Virus record (IMG/VR): IMGVR_UViG_3300037313_001383
Span: 1-41,822 of that record
Direction: 5' to 3' (one strand)
Length of the DNA stretch: 41,822 nucleotides
Source of the DNA: a virus
Taxonomy: Duplodnaviria > Caudoviricetes
The number at the start of each line of letters is the position of its first letter. Within the stretch, counting starts at the first letter, position 1. Both the position numbers and the translations under genes were made by a program. The notes beneath the pieces are model-generated. The model did not search any database. It was not told the origin of the DNA and saw nothing but the letters and a program-made list of their open reading frames with translations. Of this stretch, positions 1 to 9,472 are shown piece by piece.

Positions 1-33
1 GGTCGGGCCATAGCGTGCCCGGCTCCGCGGTTA

Positions 34-111
34 GTCCCCATCGTCTAGCCCGGTCTAGGACACCACCCTTTCACGGTGAGAACCGGGGTTCGAATCCCCG
101 TGGGGACGCCA
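34..111 (+). tRNA. tRNA-Glu (anticodon TTC), host gene
   Basis: Acceptor stem GTCCCCA/TGGGGAC, anticodon loop CTTTCAC (TTC at 70-72), T-loop GGTTCGAATCC, encoded 3' CCA at 109-111. Confidence 0.95.
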
Positions 112-126
112 CGAGAAAGCCCGCCC

Positions 127-174
127 TGTAGCGCGCCGCCGGCTTTGAGAAGCCGTGCCAAAGGTTTGAGAAAG
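127..174 (+). repeat. Left end: terminal TG plus two putative transposase-binding sites
   Basis: GCCGGCTTTGAGAAG (138-152) and TGCCAAAGGTTTGAGAAAG (156-174); TTTGAGAA cores 21 bp apart; inverted copies occur at the right end. Confidence 0.75.
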
Positions 175-205
175 AACCACCCCGCCGGGGTCGCCGTGCG
201 GGGTG
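170..205 (-). terminator. Intrinsic terminator at the end of the late operon
   Basis: Stem CACCCCGC (178-185)/GCGGGGTG (198-205), followed on the minus strand by GTTCTTTCT. Confidence 0.55.
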
Positions 206-250
206 CATGCAAGGGGGCGGAATGGCCCTTTCCGGGCCGTTGCAGGGCGC

Positions 251-496
251 CTAGCTGGTCTGAACGGGCGTAATAGTGACCTCGAAGGTCTGCCCTTCCG
301 GCAGGTCGGCGGCCAAGGCCGGGGAGAGGTTCTGAATGTCGAGGACCGACATCCCGACCCCGCCGGCGAAGATCGCCGCGTTTGGGTTGGAGTTGGCGTC
401 CGGCGCCGGCACGGCGGTCAGGCGGACGTTTTTCGAAGAGACGCCGGGCTTGGCCGCGACGCCCGAGTTGGTTTGGACGAACATGACGAGTTTCAT
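251..496 (-). CDS. Small hypothetical protein, last late gene
   Basis: ATG 11 bp after the tail tip stop, same strand, 81 aa; no motif recognised. Confidence 0.65.
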   Translation of the reverse strand: MKLVMFVQTNSGVAAKPGVSSKNVRLTAVPAPDANSNPNAAIFAGGVGMSVLDIQNLSPALAADLPEGQTFEVTITPVQTS

Positions 497-507
497 GGGT
501 GGAAAAA

Positions 508-3500
508 TCAGCTAACGGTGGCGAGGTGCACGACGTTCCCGCTGGAATCCAGCACGTCGATGTAGCCGGTGACGGTGAACAGGCCGATTGCCTGCACTGC
601 CTTGTTGAGCTTTAGCTCCTCGGTGAGGGCGACGGCGCCGTTTCGCACGACGAGCTTCTCCACGCCGCCGACCACGAAGCCCATTGAACCGTCGCCGCGG
701 TCGCGGATGCCGGAGTTGGTGTGGTTCGCAAACGCGTAGGCCGGCGAGCTGGTCGAGCCGTTTGGGGCACGGAAACCCGACGCCGATTCGATCAGGCCGT
801 CCGCATACATCCCGTAGTCCCAATCAAGGGTGCCGCCGTTCGTGACGCGTCCTCGGAAGTTGCCGTCGGTGCGGAAATGAATCTCGGCCGTGGCGACGTC
901 GCCGGACGAAAGCACAAGAACGCCCGCCGCCGCGGTGCCGAGCAGGTTGCCGGCAAGGTCGATTTGTGCGCCGTGGTTGGCGCCGTTGTCCGACCCGCCC
1001 GTAATCGTGAACACGCCGGCGTCGCTGGCGTAACGCAGCCCGATAGGTGACGTGATGATCAGGCCGTCGCCTTCGATCCGGGGCGAATTTACCGTGAGGT
1101 TGCCGCCGTCCCACTGCATGTGGGCGCCGGCCGGGTTGCCGATTCGAAACTTCGGCGTCGTGCCGTCGTAGCCCAACCAGAACCCCGTGCCCACGCCGAA
1201 GGCGCTGGCGCCCGCACTGCGGATCAAACCCGCGTCCGCCGTGAGCCCGTCGCCCATGACGAGAGTCCGCAGGATCGTGGCGTCCTCGGCGAGCAGCAGA
1301 GCCGTCGCGACAAACCGGTAACTCGCATACGGGCCGTCCCAGTCGGTGCTGACGCCGGGCGTGCCCCACGTGCTGAGTCCGTTCTTGGCCGCGTTGTTCG
1401 TGACGTAGAAGTTCCCGCCATACTTCACCACGTCGCGCCGCGTGCTGGTCTGGTAGTAGACGGCGCCGGCGACGTAGTCGCCCATCGACACGATGCCGGG
1501 GCCGATTGGACCGGTGGCGCCGTCGACGCCATTGGTCCCATTCGTGCCGTTTGTGCCATTCGTCCCATTGGTGCCCGCCTTCGCCTTGGTGAGCGTGAAG
1601 ATTTTCCGAACGGTGAACGCGCCGGCGACCAGCACATCGATAGCGAGCGTTCCCGTGTCCGCCGTGAGGGTGTCCGCACGAAACGTGTCCGGGTCTTCCT
1701 TCGTTCCCGTGGCACTCGTGGCCGCCGCGATGCTCGCGCTGAATTGGTCACTGTTCGGGCCGGCATTGACCGCCGTCAGGGCCGTGCCGCCCCGCAGCAC
1801 CTTGACGTCGGTCCGCGCGACGCCGCCCGCGCCGAGCTGGCCCGCGTTGACGGTGCCGGCCGAGTCGCATGCGACGGTGTGCGCCTCGTTCGTCAGGACA
1901 ATGGTGTAACCGGCCGTCTCGTCGGCCGAGAGGTCCGGCAGCTGCAGCGCAATGCCCGGATCGTCGGGCTTCGCGAGCCCGGCCTCGTCGAGCGTGAACA
2001 GCTGCAGCTTGAAGCGCTTCGTCGCCGTCGCCGCGTCGTAGGTGTTCGAGCCGTCGCGCACCCGGTAGAATTCCGCGTGCTCGACCGGCATCATCTCGTC
2101 GCGGTAAAACAGGAAACCGACCGCTGCATCGGCGTGCACAACCGCCGCGGTGCCCTTGCGCGCGCGCAGGATGCCGAGGTCATAGGTGTTCGCGGCTACG
2201 ACCGTGATCGTGCTCACGCTCAACACTTCGTTGTCGACCAGGAGCAGCAGCGTGTCGTCGGTCTGGTTGACGCTGCTTTGCGCGGCCATGCGCGCGAAAT
2301 CGACGCTGGTGGATGTGACGCGCACCGTCGCCGCCACGCCGTTGATGCCTCCGTTCGTGACAGCGACCTTCGCCGCGAAGAACCGGCTGTCGAGGATGTC
2401 CTCCCACGGCGCCGCGCCCGACGGGCTCAGATGCAGGTCGACGCGGTAGATGCCGCGGTGCGCGCGGTTCACGAGCGGCACGATTTGCCGCAGCGATCCA
2501 AAGCCACTCGGTAGCAGCCACAGGCGCACGTCGGCGACGTTGATCACGCCCGGCGCTGCGTTCGTCGGCAGCACGCGAGCGTCGACCGGAGCCACGTAGG
2601 GCAGCGGGAATTGTCCGCGCTCCGGAATGACTTCGAGGAGGTCGCTCGTCTGGCCGCTGCGCATGCGGCGCGCAACCACCCGCACGATGAGATCGAGCGA
2701 GTGCGGGCCGTAGTCCCACGCGAACAGATCGCCCGGCATCAGTGGCGTGCCGTCGCCCTTTACGGCGCGCGATTTCTTCACCGTCAGCGTGGTCGTGCTT
2801 TCGGCGCTGGCACGCGCGGCGGAAATCTCGGCGGCGATCTTCGCCGCTTGGCTCGCGACGTGAACCTGCGGGCGCTCAGCGCGGACCGGCGTCGACGTGA
2901 TGCCCGACTCGCTATTCGCCGGCGCCGGCGAGAGCGCGGGGCTGTCGCCGTAGTTGCGGTCGAAGTCGCGGAACACGACGGTCACCGAGCTGGGGCCGCG
3001 GTTCCAGTCGGGCGTGTTGCCGTCGGGCACGGCTTCGAGGTCGGCCTCGGTGATCTCAGGCAGACCGCCGCCCGGCGCCTGTGACGGGAACCAGCCAATG
3101 CGGAACTTTCCGCCGTCGACGAAGAGAAAGCCGTCGACGTTCGCCAGCACTGAACTCAGCAGCGCGTCGGCCGCCTGCGCCGCCTTAAACACCGGATTGC
3201 AAAACGTGTCCTCGGCCGTGCGGTCGGCGACGCCCACAGTTTCGAGCGCGGCGCACTGCGCGGCCCAATCCGCCGCATCGAAGTAAGACGGATCGATGCC
3301 GAAGCCGGTCTCGTTCGTGAGCAGCCCGTAGATCGCCGCGAACGTGTTCACGCCCCACTGGCCAAATCCGCTCGCACCGAAAGCGCCGATGGCCGGCGTC
3401 TTCTTTCCCATCTCGACCTGAAGGTCGGGCAGCGCGGTCGTGCCTTGGCCGAGGTCGATGTCGATCCACTCGATCCACGCGTGCCGGCGCATGGGCGGAT

Positions 3501-3921
3501 GATTCTGGCCCGTTTTCGCGTTCAGGTTCGCGACGACAGAGAGCGGCGCGTCGACCGTGCCGCGATGCACGACCGCCTTCGCGGCCGGTCCGAGCGCGGG
3601 AATGGCGAACTCCTGCGACTCCGGATCGCCGTGCTCGGAGAATGTGAAGTCGAGGTTGTCGATCAGCTTTCCGTCGCGCCACACCTTGCCGACGAAATCA
3701 ATCGGGCCTTCGCGATAGCCCGCGGCGACGCTGCAAATCTCCATGGCCTGCTGGCCCATCGGCCGCGTCTTCCGGTCGTAGGGCTGGCACAGCCAGTGCG
3801 ACACGAACCGGTCGCGCCCGTAGCCGTTCGGCACGGCCTCCGCCTCGCGATACGTGGAGACCTGCGAGCCCTCTTGCGACGCGCTCTGCGGGATCTTCGG
3901 CGCTTTGACGAGAAAGCTCAT
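508..3921 (-). CDS. Tail tip / central tail fibre protein (GTA megatron / gpJ-like), about 1137 aa
   Basis: Start MSFLVKAP overlaps the NlpC stop (ATGA). Follows hub and NlpC/P60 genes; tail-tip-like region (VTVVFRDFDRNY), collagen-like GTN repeats, Gly-rich C-terminus. Confidence 0.8.
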   Translation of the reverse strand: MSFLVKAPKIPQSASQEGSQVSTYREAEAVPNGYGRDRFVSHWLCQPYDRKTRPMGQQAMEICSVAAGYREGPIDFVGKVWRDGKLIDNLDFTFSEHGDPESQEFAIPALGPAAKAVVHRGTVDAPLSVVANLNAKTGQNHPPMRRHAWIEWIDIDLGQGTTALPDLQVEMGKKTPAIGAFGASGFGQWGVNTFAAIYGLLTNETGFGIDPSYFDAADWAAQCAALETVGVADRTAEDTFCNPVFKAAQAADALLSSVLANVDGFLFVDGGKFRIGWFPSQAPGGGLPEITEADLEAVPDGNTPDWNRGPSSVTVVFRDFDRNYGDSPALSPAPANSESGITSTPVRAERPQVHVASQAAKIAAEISAARASAESTTTLTVKKSRAVKGDGTPLMPGDLFAWDYGPHSLDLIVRVVARRMRSGQTSDLLEVIPERGQFPLPYVAPVDARVLPTNAAPGVINVADVRLWLLPSGFGSLRQIVPLVNRAHRGIYRVDLHLSPSGAAPWEDILDSRFFAAKVAVTNGGINGVAATVRVTSTSVDFARMAAQSSVNQTDDTLLLLVDNEVLSVSTITVVAANTYDLGILRARKGTAAVVHADAAVGFLFYRDEMMPVEHAEFYRVRDGSNTYDAATATKRFKLQLFTLDEAGLAKPDDPGIALQLPDLSADETAGYTIVLTNEAHTVACDSAGTVNAGQLGAGGVARTDVKVLRGGTALTAVNAGPNSDQFSASIAAATSATGTKEDPDTFRADTLTADTGTLAIDVLVAGAFTVRKIFTLTKAKAGTNGTNGTNGTNGTNGVDGATGPIGPGIVSMGDYVAGAVYYQTSTRRDVVKYGGNFYVTNNAAKNGLSTWGTPGVSTDWDGPYASYRFVATALLLAEDATILRTLVMGDGLTADAGLIRSAGASAFGVGTGFWLGYDGTTPKFRIGNPAGAHMQWDGGNLTVNSPRIEGDGLIITSPIGLRYASDAGVFTITGGSDNGANHGAQIDLAGNLLGTAAAGVLVLSSGDVATAEIHFRTDGNFRGRVTNGGTLDWDYGMYADGLIESASGFRAPNGSTSSPAYAFANHTNSGIRDRGDGSMGFVVGGVEKLVVRNGAVALTEELKLNKAVQAIGLFTVTGYIDVLDSSGNVVHLATVS
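1495..1576 (-). repeat. Collagen-like (Gly-X-Y)n repeat within the tail tip protein
   Basis: GTNGTNGTNGTNGTNGVDGATGPIGPG; 9-bp periodic DNA with synonymous variation. Confidence 0.85.
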
Positions 3922-4385
3922 GCGGTGAGGCGGTAGCGGCTCGCGGCGAGCTTCAGTTGCGACGTCGTCATCGTGCACACGCCGGCCGGCCGCGCGACGT
4001 GCCACACGAGGCCGCCGATCTGGATTCCGAGGTGATGCTCACAGCGGCCGACCACCGGAAACACCATGTCGCCGGCGAGCGGCGCTTCGTCCTCGTCGAC
4101 GCGGCGCACGCGTTTGCGGACCGGCTTCGACTCGAACCACGAACGCAGCAGGCTTTCGTCGCTGTGCTCCGCGTGGTTCACCGCGTAGGGTGGCACGCTC
4201 ACGGCCGATGCAATGGCGCCGATCTCGTGAAACACCGCGCCGACAAAGCCCGCGCAATCGACGCCGCCCGCCGCGCCCTTCACGCACGAGCGCGCGCGGA
4301 ACGGCGTGCCGCGCCAGCTCTCGCACGCTGCGACCAGGGCGAACACCCGCGACGGATCGAGGAAGTAATCGGTGCGCTTCTTCAT
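3918..4385 (-). CDS. Tail-associated NlpC/P60 peptidase
   Basis: W-x-GTPF, GVDC catalytic Cys, GDMVF, HHLGI, VWH; typical position between hub and tip genes. Confidence 0.9.
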   Translation of the reverse strand: MKKRTDYFLDPSRVFALVAACESWRGTPFRARSCVKGAAGGVDCAGFVGAVFHEIGAIASAVSVPPYAVNHAEHSDESLLRSWFESKPVRKRVRRVDEDEAPLAGDMVFPVVGRCEHHLGIQIGGLVWHVARPAGVCTMTTSQLKLAASRYRLTA

Positions 4386-6184
4386 TTCTTCGGCGTCTTG
4401 GGCGCGGAGGGCGCCGCCTGTTCGATGTAGTCCGGCACGAACTCGAACCCCTGAAAATTGATCTGGTTGCCGAACTTGTCGCCGCAGTCGGCCTCATACT
4501 GCCGGCCGCAGCCCGGCACGAGCTGCACGAGCTGGCCGCCGCCGGCGATCATGTCGGCGTAGATCGGGCGCGCCAACTTCACGACGAGGTTGCCCGAGTC
4601 CATCGCACTGGAGACGACCGTGACGACAACCCGCAGCCGCCCGGCGCCGGTGCGAATGAGGCCGCGCGCGAACCAATTGTCGACGTAGGCCGGCCCGCCC
4701 CAACCCGTGACGCCGTGAATCGTGAGCGTCTTGCCGTCGGCCGAAAGGTCCGCCGGCGCGCTCGTGCCCTCGCTGCGCTTTGGCGCTTCAGCGAGGCCGC
4801 AACGCGCGGAGAAAACGAACGTGTTGCACTGGCGGCCGTAGGTGTCGCCCGGCGCGCGCTCTTTGAGCAACCGGCCGAAGAGCGTCGCCTCCAGCGTGAG
4901 ATTGTTTCCGTTCGGCCGGACGTCGGAGACAAAGCCCGTGTAGATCGGCGCGCCGCGCGTGCCGGCCGCGTCGTCGGGGTCGCACTTCCAGACCGTGAGC
5001 AGCACCCAGCCAAACAAACGACCGCGCAGCCAATCGTCGGCGAGCGAGCCGGCTTTATACGCGAGCGAGACCGACGCCTTGTCGTCCTGTGGCTTCAGCG
5101 AGCGGCGGATTTCCTGATGCGCAACCTGCCGCGGATCGTAGCTGCCCTCGGGCAACGCGAGCGGCTCGTCGCAATTGGTGAACAGCTCCGGGTTAGCGGC
5201 GTCGTGCTGATACTTCAGCTGGTAGAGGTAAAACTCACCGGGCTGCTTTTGATCGACGCTCGGCGTGTCGATTTCCTGAATGAAGCCGATGGTCGAGCGT
5301 GCGACGTGGCCGGCGAGGAACGAGAGCTTTAGCGTGTCGCTCGCGAACCGCGCGGTGTAGTCGTCGGGCGTGGCCTCGGTGTCGGCGCCCGGTTGAAACC
5401 ACGCGGGCACCGGCGACCACGAGGTCAGCGCGCCCTGCATCGCCTCGAAGTGCGTGAGCGCCTGACGAATCGCGAGCCGGTCGGCGAACTTGAACGGCGC
5501 CTCCTGCTTCCAGCGCGCGGCGGCGTTCGTGCGGTCGAGGCCGGGTTCGCGCGCGGCGGCCAGCTCGATCAGCTCGAGCGGAAATTCGCTCACGTCTTTC
5601 AGCGACGGCTCGTATTCAGGGAACGCGTCCCAGCCCACGCCGTAGGTGTGTGGTCGGATGCGGCATTCCCACGGCGACGCTTCGTTGATGGTCACGGGCA
5701 CGTAACCGAACTTGCTCGTGCGTGCCTCGGCCGCCGGGCGCTCGCGCCAACGGCCGATCAACAGCGGTGCATACAGCGGGAACGTCACGGCGCCCGGCAA
5801 AGCGGGGCCGTCGTAAATCTCGAAGTCGCCGCTCTCGGGATCGAAGCCGACGATCTTCTTCGCGTCGTAGATGCGGTCAGCCCACTGGCCCGGCGCGAGC
5901 GCATCGACCCAAAGCGGCACGGCCACAGGGCGCGCGCCGAGCGCGGCCACGCCCTTGCGCCAATCGTCGGCCGCGGTGCCGTTGAGACAGAGCGTGCACG
6001 TCTGCGACAACAGCATTGCACGGCGGCCGGGGCGGCGCTCCTCAATGCTCGTGCGGCCCTCGCCGATCATCGTGTCGAAACGGTGCGAGATTTCGATGGG
6101 GCGGCCTTGGTCCGGCTGGAAATCCGGGCGGATCAGCAGCAGGCGAAACTGCAGGTCGCCAATGTTCGTGAGCGGGAAGAGCAT
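4382..6184 (-). CDS. Baseplate hub protein (DUF2163/BR0599-like C-terminus, probably fused to a distal-tail domain)
   Basis: YGRQCNTFVFSARCG and PGCGRQYEADCGDKFGNQINFQGFEFVP four-Cys pattern; immediately after the tape measure gene. Confidence 0.8.
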   Translation of the reverse strand: MLFPLTNIGDLQFRLLLIRPDFQPDQGRPIEISHRFDTMIGEGRTSIEERRPGRRAMLLSQTCTLCLNGTAADDWRKGVAALGARPVAVPLWVDALAPGQWADRIYDAKKIVGFDPESGDFEIYDGPALPGAVTFPLYAPLLIGRWRERPAAEARTSKFGYVPVTINEASPWECRIRPHTYGVGWDAFPEYEPSLKDVSEFPLELIELAAAREPGLDRTNAAARWKQEAPFKFADRLAIRQALTHFEAMQGALTSWSPVPAWFQPGADTEATPDDYTARFASDTLKLSFLAGHVARSTIGFIQEIDTPSVDQKQPGEFYLYQLKYQHDAANPELFTNCDEPLALPEGSYDPRQVAHQEIRRSLKPQDDKASVSLAYKAGSLADDWLRGRLFGWVLLTVWKCDPDDAAGTRGAPIYTGFVSDVRPNGNNLTLEATLFGRLLKERAPGDTYGRQCNTFVFSARCGLAEAPKRSEGTSAPADLSADGKTLTIHGVTGWGGPAYVDNWFARGLIRTGAGRLRVVVTVVSSAMDSGNLVVKLARPIYADMIAGGGQLVQLVPGCGRQYEADCGDKFGNQINFQGFEFVPDYIEQAAPSAPKTPKK

Positions 6185-6187
6185 GGA

Positions 6188-8728
6188 TCAGCCCCCGAGA
6201 ATGTCGCCGAGGCGGTTCTGCACGGTGACCACCACCGCGTCTTCCCAGCCCGGCTGCCGCTTGAGGCGGCGGATGTCGGTGTAGTTTTCGGCGAACGCGA
6301 TCACCGGCCGCGGTTGCTGCTGCGGCGCCGCCATCACGTTCGAAAGCGCAGCGGAAGCGCCGACCGGCGCGCCGGCGTTGACCGGGCGAGCGCGGGCCGC
6401 CGCGGGCACGGGCACGTTGTCGAGGCTCGGAATGATCGTGCCGTTTTCATCGGGCACGAACACCTCGGGCCGCTTCTCGCCGACCACGTAGGCGCGGCCG
6501 GCGCGCACGTCGCCGCCGCTCTCACGAAAACCGCCGAAGGCCGCCATCACCGCGAGTAGCGCGGCAATGCCCATCACGGCGGCGAGACCGAACGACGACA
6601 CCGATGCGCTCGCCGCGTTGGTCTGCAACGCGGGCGCCTTCGCCGTTTCGTTCGCAATCACGTCGGCCGTCTCCGCTTTGCGCAGGCCGGCCGCGACGAG
6701 GAACGTCGAGATCAGCGAGCCCTTCGCGAGCGCGGAGTTGATCACCCATTGCACGCCCATTTGCACGATAGTATCGAGGAAGGTCTGCAGCAGGTTTTGC
6801 CCGAGGCCGCGTAGCGTGTCGGCCCAGCTCTGCGTGCCGGTGACCCAGCCGTAGATTCCCTCGCTGATGCTGTGCACCGTCGCCCCAATGGAGTTTTGCA
6901 GCGCATTCGCGACCTGTTGGCCTTGGCTGCCAAGCGAAGTCACCCACTGCATCGCGCCGGCCTGCAGCGCCGTGAATTGAACGCCGCCTTCGCCGCCGGC
7001 CGCGCCACCGGTTCCGCCGTCGGCGGAGCGACCTCCCGTCAAGCGCGTCGCGCCGGTGCGCGTGAAGACAGGCAATCCCGGCGCGGTTAGAAAATCGCCG
7101 TAGGCCTTCAGGACTCTCGCAAGATCACTGGCCGGCATGATCACCGCGGACTTCTTCGCCTCCAGTTCGTTGACGGCGGCGCGCAGCTTCGCAATTTCTG
7201 CGGCCCGTTGCTCCGGCGTGTCGCCGACTTTAAGCGGCAGTTTTTCCTTTATCTCGATCAGCTTTTTATACGCGGCGAGTTCCTGCTCGATGATATACAG
7301 ACGGCGGCGACGCACCTCGGCATCGGTTGCCGCGCGGGCCTCGTCCGCGATATCGAACACACGTCCCGTCGCTTCGGCGTCCGCCAGTTTGGCCTCAGCC
7401 TTCGCGAGCTCGGCGACGATGTTCACGACTGCGCCGTTCTTTGCGACGAACTCCCCACCGCGCGCGGCCGCGAAATCATAAATGCGCGACAGGCCTTCTA
7501 GCGCCTGCGTTAGAATCTCGATCCGCTCGTGCTGCTCGTCGTTGAGGAATGGGGTCTGGATGAGCCCACGCCGCTCTTTGTTGATCGCGTCGAAGCGCGC
7601 CTTCATGTCGGCCATGGTCCGCTGCAATTCGTCCTGCGACGAAGCACCGGTGATCCTCTGCCGAAAGTCCGTTAGCTCGCGCTTGGTGCCTTCGTCGAGA
7701 GAGTTGATTCTCTCCGTGGCCTCGAGCGCGCGGCGCTCCAGTTCCTTGATGATAAAACCGCCGAGCGCGGTCGCGAGGCCCACACCGATCGGTCCGGCGA
7801 GCGTCTTGCCGAGATTCTTCAACGCGGCCTCAAGCCCGCCGCTTTTTTCCACACGTTCCAGCGCCTTCTCGATTCCGGCCGCCAACGACCCGGCGAACGA
7901 CGCTTCGACCGCGCTCTGGATCGTGCCGGCGTTTCGCGCGATCAGACTGACAAGCTGCGTCTTTGCCTCGATCAACTTTAGGTTGAGCGGGGCGACCGCA
8001 ACACCGAGCCGCTTCTGAGCTTCTTCGAGTTTCGTGTTTGCGCGGTTAATTGCCTCGGCCGTGCCATCGCCGAGAACCGTGTTCGCCTCCTGTGCGCTCT
8101 GGCGCAGCCGGTCGTAGCCGTCGGTCCGGAGCTTTTCGAGCAGTGGCGCCATCGCTGCGGCGCCGCGGCCGAAAAGCTCCTGCTGTAAACGCGCACGAAC
8201 GTTCGTGTCGGTGACCTTGCCGAGCGCCACGGCGATTTGCTCGAGCTGGCGTTCAAGCGGAGTGCTCGCAAGCAGCTGCGCGTCCAGACCGAGCTGCCGC
8301 AGCGCCGACCCGCGCGTTGGATCGAGCAGCGTGTCGCCCAGCTGAGCGCGGAATTGCGCCATGCTGCCCATGATCTCGCTGAACTCAGTTCCGGCCGCGC
8401 GCGCTTCCGACGCGAGCGTCTGGTAGGCCTCGCCCGACAGGCCGAGGCGGCCGTGCGCGCGTTCTACCTCAGCGGCGAGCTGCGACGAAACACGCACCGC
8501 CTCCGTGAAGGACGAGCGGAACAACTCCACGGCGCGGCGTGCCATCTCCATGCCGCTTCCGATGCCGAGCCCCGTCGCGAACAGGCTGCCCAGTTCGGAG
8601 GCCGACTGGTGCGCGTCGGCGGCGTCCTGGGCAATGGCACGGAGTCCCGCCTGCGTCTTCTCCACGGCCTCGAGGCGGGCGCGGATATCGATCAGGATTT
8701 CAAGGACGGATGGAGCGGCGTCGGCCAT
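6188..8728 (-). CDS. Tail tape measure protein
   Basis: 846 aa, Ala/Leu-rich and helical; QELFGRGAAAMAPLL; C-terminal GGDVRAGRAYVVGEKRPEVFVP motif. Confidence 0.92.
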   Translation of the reverse strand: MADAAPSVLEILIDIRARLEAVEKTQAGLRAIAQDAADAHQSASELGSLFATGLGIGSGMEMARRAVELFRSSFTEAVRVSSQLAAEVERAHGRLGLSGEAYQTLASEARAAGTEFSEIMGSMAQFRAQLGDTLLDPTRGSALRQLGLDAQLLASTPLERQLEQIAVALGKVTDTNVRARLQQELFGRGAAAMAPLLEKLRTDGYDRLRQSAQEANTVLGDGTAEAINRANTKLEEAQKRLGVAVAPLNLKLIEAKTQLVSLIARNAGTIQSAVEASFAGSLAAGIEKALERVEKSGGLEAALKNLGKTLAGPIGVGLATALGGFIIKELERRALEATERINSLDEGTKRELTDFRQRITGASSQDELQRTMADMKARFDAINKERRGLIQTPFLNDEQHERIEILTQALEGLSRIYDFAAARGGEFVAKNGAVVNIVAELAKAEAKLADAEATGRVFDIADEARAATDAEVRRRRLYIIEQELAAYKKLIEIKEKLPLKVGDTPEQRAAEIAKLRAAVNELEAKKSAVIMPASDLARVLKAYGDFLTAPGLPVFTRTGATRLTGGRSADGGTGGAAGGEGGVQFTALQAGAMQWVTSLGSQGQQVANALQNSIGATVHSISEGIYGWVTGTQSWADTLRGLGQNLLQTFLDTIVQMGVQWVINSALAKGSLISTFLVAAGLRKAETADVIANETAKAPALQTNAASASVSSFGLAAVMGIAALLAVMAAFGGFRESGGDVRAGRAYVVGEKRPEVFVPDENGTIIPSLDNVPVPAAARARPVNAGAPVGASAALSNVMAAPQQQPRPVIAFAENYTDIRRLKRQPGWEDAVVVTVQNRLGDILGG

Positions 8729-9145
8729 TTATTTTTTCTGCCGTTTGCTGGCGGTGTAGCGGCGCTTCTTTGGCGCCGGCGGCGTGCCGTTCGCTTTCGC
8801 GATCAGCTCGCTCTCGTATTTTTGGAACGCGTCCTTCGTATCGTCGCTGTCGTCGAGCGAGGCCGGGATGGCTTGGCGCAACGATTGCAGGAACGAGAGG
8901 GCGCGGCGGGCTTCGGCGCGCTCCTCGTCGTCTCGCAACGCGAGGAGCTGCTGCAGCGTGAAGCCGTCTAGGACTTCGTCGAACGTCCGGCCGGTGATTC
9001 GGACGACCGCAACGACGAGATCAGCAAGTGCGCCATTTTCTCCACGACCGGGCTCAGCATCTCGTCGGCCTTCAGCAGTAGCGGCGCCTGAAACTGCTTC
9101 GCCTCGATCTGCCGGTGCCCCCAGTTCGCGGCGCGGGAAAAATTT
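8729..9145 (-). CDS. -1 frameshift extension of the tail assembly chaperone (gpGT-like)
   Basis: The -1 frame is open from about 9193 to 8729 and reads LADLVVAVVRITGRTFDEVLDGFTLQQLLALRDD...; only weak GTG/TTG-type starts; abuts the tape measure ATG. Confidence 0.6.
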   Translation of the reverse strand, partial: KFFPRRELGAPADRGEAVSGAATAEGRRDAEPGRGENGALADLVVAVVRITGRTFDEVLDGFTLQQLLALRDDEERAEARRALSFLQSLRQAIPASLDDSDDTKDAFQKYESELIAKANGTPPAPKKRRYTASKRQKK

Positions 9146-9468
9146 AGGCGCTTCGCTGCCTCGACGAGCCGCACGTGGCAGGACTCTTGAAGGTTATCGA
9201 TGAAGGTCGCGTCGACGGGCACCCAGTCGATGACCTCGCCGGTCTTGTCGTCTTTCAGCGCGACCGTGCATGTGAGCTCCAAGAGCTTTGCTTCGTCCGT
9301 GCACGCTTCGAGCACCCGGCCGAGATGGCGCGCGGGCATGGCCCGAACACGCACGTCGTGCGAGGCGTCGTTCAAGTCGAGCACCTTGCCGTGGTCGGTG
9401 TCGCGGCCGTCGAAGATTTCGCCGGCGAAGATCATCGCCGTTTTGGTGGCGGGGGTGGAAGTCGTCAT
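8968..9468 (-). CDS. Tail assembly chaperone (gpG-like), 166 aa
   Basis: ATG at 9468 (MTTSTP), 4 bp after the upstream stop; upstream of the tape measure gene with an overlapping -1 ORF. Confidence 0.7.
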   Translation of the reverse strand: MTTSTPATKTAMIFAGEIFDGRDTDHGKVLDLNDASHDVRVRAMPARHLGRVLEACTDEAKLLELTCTVALKDDKTGEVIDWVPVDATFIDNLQESCHVRLVEAAKRLNFSRAANWGHRQIEAKQFQAPLLLKADEMLSPVVEKMAHLLISSLRSSESPAGRSTKS

Positions 9469-9472
9469 GGGA

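Noticed and set aside
34-126. tRNA as attB for integrase-mediated integration
   Set aside because: No tyrosine or serine integrase seen and no repeat of the tRNA 3' end at the right boundary; the ends are TG...CA transposon type.
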